From contig MU271243.1 in the NCBI GenBank assembly GCA_021432655.1, forward strand, positions 6,374-67,454: DNA of 61,081 nucleotides, read 5' to 3'. Shown one piece after another: positions 55,701 to 61,081 of this stretch; within the stretch, counting starts at the first letter, position 1; the number at the start of each line of letters is the position of its first letter. The position numbers and the translations under genes were made by a program. Under the pieces are notes generated by a model. It was not told where the DNA came from and did not search any database. It was given only the letters and a program-made list of their open reading frames with translations. The stretch comes from Atractiella rhizophila. Lineage: Eukaryota.

Positions 55701-56022
55701 GACGGAATGACTAACTCTCTATAGTTCTTAGACTCCGTCTCATGAGCTACTTGTACGGGACGCACGAGATCTCTACGCGTCCTCTACGAAACCGTCGACG
55801 GGTCCACGGAGAACTACTCTCTTAGACTACGACCTACCTCGATCCCCTGTCTCTAACCACCAGTTTCTACTACTGTAACTATCCTTTTGTGTATGGATCC
55901 CCTGTCTCTAACCACCAGTTTCTACTACTGGCGGATTTGACGGGGGATCCCCCGATTTTGAGGCTTCACTTCGTTTGTTTTGTCTCCACCGACTGGTGTG
56001 TTTGTATTGTCTTTATATTGTG
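52785..56022. other. Mirror-oriented block 1 (reversed but not complemented copia sequence)
   Basis: The complement read left-to-right from 52785 gives VLDMELESVDISTAFLNGDMDAEVYAQQPEGHPQGPPEY... (family-B RT). 54797-55014 and 55816-56022 read backwards give family-A LTRs, and 55015-55815 read backwards gives the A-type RT/RNase H tail, 3' UTR and PPT. Confidence 0.97.
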
Positions 56023-56270
56023 NNNNNNNNNNNNNNNNNNNNNNNNNNNNNNNNNNNNNNNNNNNNNNNNNNNNNNNNNNNNNNNNNNNNNNNNNNNNNN
56101 NNNNNNNNNNNNNNNNNNNNNNNNNNNNNNNNNNNNNNNNNNNNNNNNNNNNNNNNNNNNNNNNNNNNNNNNNNNNNNNNNNNNNNNNNNNNNNNNNNNN
56201 NNNNNNNNNNNNNNNNNNNNNNNNNNNNNNNNNNNNNNNNNNNNNNNNNNNNNNNNNNNNNNNNNNNNNN
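56023..56270. other. Assembly gap (248 N)
   Basis: Run of N. Confidence 1.
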
Positions 56271-58019
56271 CCACAGTGAAATGGGCCACCCTCAGAACCA
56301 TCCTTTTGCTTGCCTGTGTCCTAGACATGGAACTGGAGTCTGTGGACATCTCAACCGCTTTCTTGAACGGAGAAATGGATGCAGAAGTCTATGCCAAGCA
56401 GCCAGAAGGTCACCCTCAAGGTCCTCCAGAATACGCTCTCAAACTCCTCAAAGCAATCTACGGCACCAGGCAAGGAGGACGTCAATGGCAGAAGAAACTG
56501 GACAAGGAGCTCGTGTCTATGGGCTTCACCAAAGTCAAGTGTGACAGCAGTCTCTGGATCTACTCAAATGGCGAAGTCAAGGTGATTGTGCCAGTCTTTG
56601 TGGACGATATAACGATTGCTAGCACATCCAGAAGCGCTGTGGAGGAGTTCAAGAAGGAGTTGAGCAAGAGATTCAAGCTGAGGGACCTTGGAGCGACAGA
56701 ATTTTTGCTTGGAGTGAGGATTAGGCGTGATAGGAAGCAGAAGAAGATGTGGTTGGATCAAGAGCAATACGTTAAGGACCTTCTCTCTCGACAGAAGATG
56801 GATGCGGCAAGCCTGTGCTCACTCCCCTCAGTGTAGGCAACGGTTTATCGAAGCAAGACTGTCCTCAAACCAAGGAAGACGAAGAAGAGATGCGAACCAT
56901 TCCCTACAGTCATGTCGTTGGTTCTCTAATGTACCTTGCAGTTGCAACACGCCCTGACATCGCCCACACTGTCTCTGTCCTCGGAAAATTCCTCTCCAAT
57001 CCAGGCAAGAGGCACTGGGAAGCTGCCAAACACCTCATGCGCTATCTCAAAGGCACTCAGGACATGTGCATCGAGTACTCTGCCTCAGACTTCGATATCT
57101 CTCAGCCATTTAAGGCATATTGTGATGCAGACTTTGCGGGATGCAAGGATACTGGCAGGTCTACTGGAGGATACCTCTTAACTATTGGGGGAGGAGGAGT
57201 CAGCTGGAGCAGCAAGTTGCAGTCTCTTGTGGCACTATCAACCACGGAGGCAGAGTATATCTCAGGGGTATCAGTAGGACAAGAGGTGGTTTGGCTTAGG
57301 AATCTTCTCCAAGAGATTGGCTTCACTCCAAAGGGACCAACAACGCTTTACACGGACAGCAACAGCGCCTTGCAAGTCAGCAAGAATCCGGAGCACCACG
57401 GGTGCATGAAGCACTTGGATCTTCGCTTCTACTGGCTCAGGGACACAGTAGAATCTGGACTCATCGCCCCAGTCTTCTGTCCTGGCGAGTCGATGCCTGC
57501 AGACCTCCTCACCAAGGCTTTACCAGTTGCTGGAGTCTCCAAATTCCGTGAAATGATGGGTCTGCGCCCCTACCCAAGTGTATGAGGCAGTTATGGGGTG
57601 CAATAAAATTCTGTCCTCCTTCTGGGGGTTATAAGACGCCGCTCTAAGCGGTACGAGGATCTCTCTAGTGGTTTTAGACAATCAATTAACATGTCTTCTT
57701 TGTGTCATACTATTCAACGCTGTTTACATTCGGTGGGAGCTCTCTTGGACGATTATTGGATTTGGTGGGAGCTTCAAGAGGCGACTGCCCAGGTGGGAGT
57801 GTTGGATTAACTGCTAAATTTCATGGTGTTGTCTTTGTGTGGTCAGCCACCTTTGCTGTGTTTACTCACTTCGTAGTTTTTCTCCCTAGGGGGCAGTATT
57901 GGTGGTCATCATCTTTGACCACCAACTCCTGTCCCCTAGGTATGTGTTTCCTCATCAATCCAATCATCTTTGACCACCAACTCCTGTCCCCTAGCTCCAT
58001 CCAGTGTCTATTTCTCTCA
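56271..58019 (+). mobile_element. 3' part of a second family-A copia copy (frameshifted RT-RNase H, PPT, 3' LTR 57800-58019)
   Basis: Homologous to 51231-52784; 1-nt deletion near 56804; AGGTGGGAG followed by TGTTGGATTAA...TTCTCTCA. Confidence 0.95.
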
Positions 58020-59035
58020 CCTTAACATACTGTTCTTGACCCAACCACATCATTCTTCGCTTTTTATCCCTCCTAATACGAACCCCAAGTAGGAATTCCG
58101 TTGGTCCAAGGTCTCTGAGTTTGAATCGCTTCCACAACTCCCTCTTGAAGTCCTCTACAGCACCCTTTGATGTGCTAGCGATCGTAATATCATCCACAAA
58201 GACAGGGACAAGTACTTTGATGTCCCCCTTTGAGTAAATCCACAGACTAGAGTCACTCTTGATCTTCTTAAATCCCATAGCAACAAGTTCCTTATCGAGT
58301 TTCTTCTGCCATTGACGTCCTCCTTGCCTTGTGCCATAGATGGCCTTGATTAACTTCAGAACATACTCTGGAGGACCCTGTGGATGACCTTCTGGTTGTT
58401 GTGCATAGACCTCTGCATCCATATCACCGTTAGGGAATGCCGTAGAGATGTCCACTGACTCCAACTCCATGTCCAAGACACAAGCGAGCGAAAGAATCGT
58501 CCTAAGTGTCGCCCATTTGACCGTAGATGCGAAAGTATCAAAGTAGTCGAATCCACGGCGTTGAGAGAACCCCTTGATGACGAATCTGGCCTTGAAGCGC
58601 TCAATAGAACCATCCGACTTCTTCTTAACCGCAAACACCCATCGAGAACCAACGATTTTTGCACCTTTAGGCGGTTTGACCAGAATCCAACTCTTGTTGT
58701 CCAAGTGAGATTGAATCTCCTTCACTGTCGCTTCATGCCATTCCTTCACATTAGGGCTTGCCATCGCTCTTGAATATGACTGAGGGACCTCTACTCCTGT
58801 TGCTGCACTCATGGCATGCTCTGTGACAAGCATATAGCCGTATTCCATCGCCTCTGGCTCAGTGAGGATGTCACATTCCTTTACCAACATCCCAAGCTCG
58901 TCTGTTGACCCTTCGTCGTTGTTTTGAGGTGCTTCTGGGGTCCTAAATCTGTCTACAGGTCGTCCTCTACTCGTAGAATAAATTCTTGAAGGCCTGTTGA
59001 CAGGGGGAGGTGTCGAAGCTGCTGGAGGAGGTTGA
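58020..59035 (-). mobile_element. Family-B copia pol fragment (IN-RT linker and RT), cut by the family-A LTR
   Basis: ORF 57991-58890: ERFKARFVIKGFSQ, VDISTAFPNG, VPVFVDDIT; ends at GQEQYVK, where the LTR begins. Confidence 0.95.
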
Positions 59036-61081
59036 TAAAATAGCGGTAACCTAAGTGTTATCCGATAAGATGATAGGATGTTGTCTAGTGGAACTAGTCT
59101 TCTCAGTTTTAAAGCTTTAAACGGTGGTAGTGTAGTAGTGTAGTCGGGGATAGTGGGAAAGAGGTAGTGTAGTCCCCTAGAATCCTGAGTTGGTGTCCCA
59201 GATCCTCCTACAAACCCTACCTTTACCGAGAATTACCCAACCTTAAACGACCCGACTTGTCAGAACGACGTCGTTTACTACAGTGATACGGAGTTCGTTC
59301 GGAACTCACCTATCGTCTTTGACCACGTTGAGTAGTGGTGTACAGAGGACGGTAGCGGTCAGATACGAACGTCTTGGAGTAGTCTTGTTCCGAAATGGGG
59401 ATGGTCCTCATCGTTTTCAGGCTCTTTTACTAAACCTCACGACACGGTGATGGTCGTTCTAGGTACTTCGGTTCAATCCCCCTCGTTCTTCTTGTGATGG
59501 TAATGGTAGACCGTCTATAGGTTGTGCGGGGGAATTCGCGATGTTGTTGGAGAGATGGTCAGAAGTTCGAGTGTTAGTTGTTCCCTTACTCCCAGAGGTA
59601 ACGGTTCGATGTTGTTCGACAGAGATAACCCACCCTCGAAAGAAGGTCCTAGTTTTTGAGACGTACCATGACGGTGAACCACCCTCGATGTTCTCTACCT
59701 TCGGTTCCGCCCTTATGAGTTAATCCCTTGTGTGAAGGACGAGAGTCTTAACACGACCTTTACGTCGGTGTGACGGATACCTACGGAGTGACGCCTTAAA
59801 GTCTTGTGATCCCCTGTAGCATTAATCCTCCTGTAGTTCGTAGACTTCTGGTTGTTTGAGACAGTTGATCCATACTCTAAGGGCTCGTTACGTAGTCGAC
59901 CCTTGGTTGTATCCGAGACAGTTGTTCGAGTCGTCTCTGGTCCGTCTTCCTTCAGTGAGTCCCATCTTAGTCGAGTCTGGACGTACCTGGAGAAGGTCAG
60001 TGAAGGTCTCTTCCTATAGCTATAACCCAGTGGAAGTAACTGCTTCGTTGTTTAGTAACGTGTTAACGGAAGGAGTTCTTCTTTAGTCTCTCGGGTCTTG
60101 AGAAGTTCTGAAAGTTCTTAACCCATCTCTTACAGTGACCCTTCTTCTAGTTCTTCAAATCTCTCCTGTTCCTTCCGCGAATAAGGAGGTTTCTTAAGCT
60201 AGTTATGGAGTTCCGGACACCATAGGTCGCGCTTGTCTACTAGTCCTTGAGAGGAGTGGTCTTACCGTCCCGTCTTGCTCGGTTATCCTGCTAAGTCCTC
60301 TGATACCAGCGGTACAAACTTCTTAGACCTGAAGGAGAGAAAGAGACCGGTAGATAGCGAAGTCGTCAGCAGGTGTAAGCGTTGTCTAGAGGGAGTCGAA
60401 GCTAGTTGGTACGATAAGGGGTGTGCTTTGAGTGACCTGAATGAGGTTGGTAGAGTTCTAAGTCTTAGTAACCTACGTGACGGATGCAAGTTCAAGTCTT
60501 CCTACTTTCCGGTGTGTCGAATCCTAGAGTGTGAGCTTTTACGCGTAAATATCCGATAAGGGAACGTCGCTTTCCCACCCTCAAGACCCTAGGACAACCC
60601 TTCTTCCAGATGTGAGCTCTACAACGGTCTAAACTACTCTCTCTCTACGAGACGTTCCAGTCCTTCCTCTTCTAATGCAACCTTCTTGGTGTCCCTGGTG
60701 AACTGCTCACCTTCCTCGCAGTCCTAGTCCACCCTCTACCTGTCTTATCACGAGGTCGGCGAGGAGGCCGGTCCTAAAGCGAGCTGGTGTTACTGCTTCT
60801 TCTTCTACCTACCTAAGTTGTCGGTCCTCGTGGAGGATGTGGAGTCCTTGTTGGGTCTGGCGAACCTTATGTCAGAGGTTTGTCTAAAGTCGGGGAAGTC
60901 CAACTTCTTCTTCTTCTACTTCTTTCTCTTGTCAGAGGTCTGGGGTACGTCGAGCATGGACTTGCCGGATTTTGTGGGGGTGGAGCAGTCATGTGGTACG
61001 TCTCTCTAGGAACCTGTCCTCAAGTGTACGGATCTAAGGGTCTCAGAGGTCTAGGGGAGGTCTACGCGGGTTGTTGCGGTC
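59036..61081. other. Mirror-oriented block 2 (family-B leader, degraded protease region, integrase)
   Basis: The complement read left-to-right from about 59960 gives GRISSDLHGPLPVTSREGYRYWVTFIDEATNHCTIAFLKKKSE...SPHQNGRAERANRTIQE...KGWEFWDP; 59036-59150 is the complement of 47576-47694. Confidence 0.97.

Noticed and set aside
55889..56836. ORFs running through the N gap
   Set aside because: They are open only because N translates as X; they fuse a reversed LTR to RT sequence.
47691..58024. CCTAC (47691) and CCTTA (58020) as a target-site duplication enclosing one large element
   Set aside because: The pentamers differ, the LTRs are different variants, and the flanks belong to different parts and orientations of family B.
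52785..61081. Six-frame ORFs inside the mirror blocks (for example 53075-53323, 53200-53493, 54961-55338, 59856-60086, 60275-60559) as novel genes
   Set aside because: They are chance frames of reversed copia sequence; the coding signal appears only in the complement-only or reversed reading.

Overview
Gene-dense, intron-rich fungal DNA (probably a basidiomycete; inferred from gene structure, not searched). Bases 1-44.4 kb hold about 19 genes: DID2, SKI8, SVP26, RIX7, a SIW14-type phosphatase, ERB1, SAE2/CtIP, a fluoroacetate-dehalogenase-like hydrolase, a PCD1-type Nudix hydrolase, VAC14, a Myb/SANT protein, a chitin synthase, GPI8, SEC18, COQ1 and several hypothetical genes. From about 44.6 kb to the end is a CpG-depleted cluster of nested Ty1/copia retrotransposons of two related families (called A and B here), including one intact 1480-aa gag-pol ORF. 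The most striking feature is that two blocks (52785-56022 and 59036-end) are in mirror orientation: they decode as copia sequence only when complemented without reversal (or reversed without complementation). Reversing block 1 in place rebuilds an LTR to the base, and reversing block 2 appears to continue the neighbouring pol frame. This is most likely a gap-filling artefact rather than biology. Two tandem duplications (263 bp, and 2.86 kb inside VAC14) may also be assembly-related. The best biological leads are a conserved 55-56 nt intron-like unit inside the LTRs of both families, reciprocal nesting of the two families, and a fungal hydrolase carrying the fluoroacetate dehalogenase active-site signature. 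Exon boundaries were read by eye and no database search was run.
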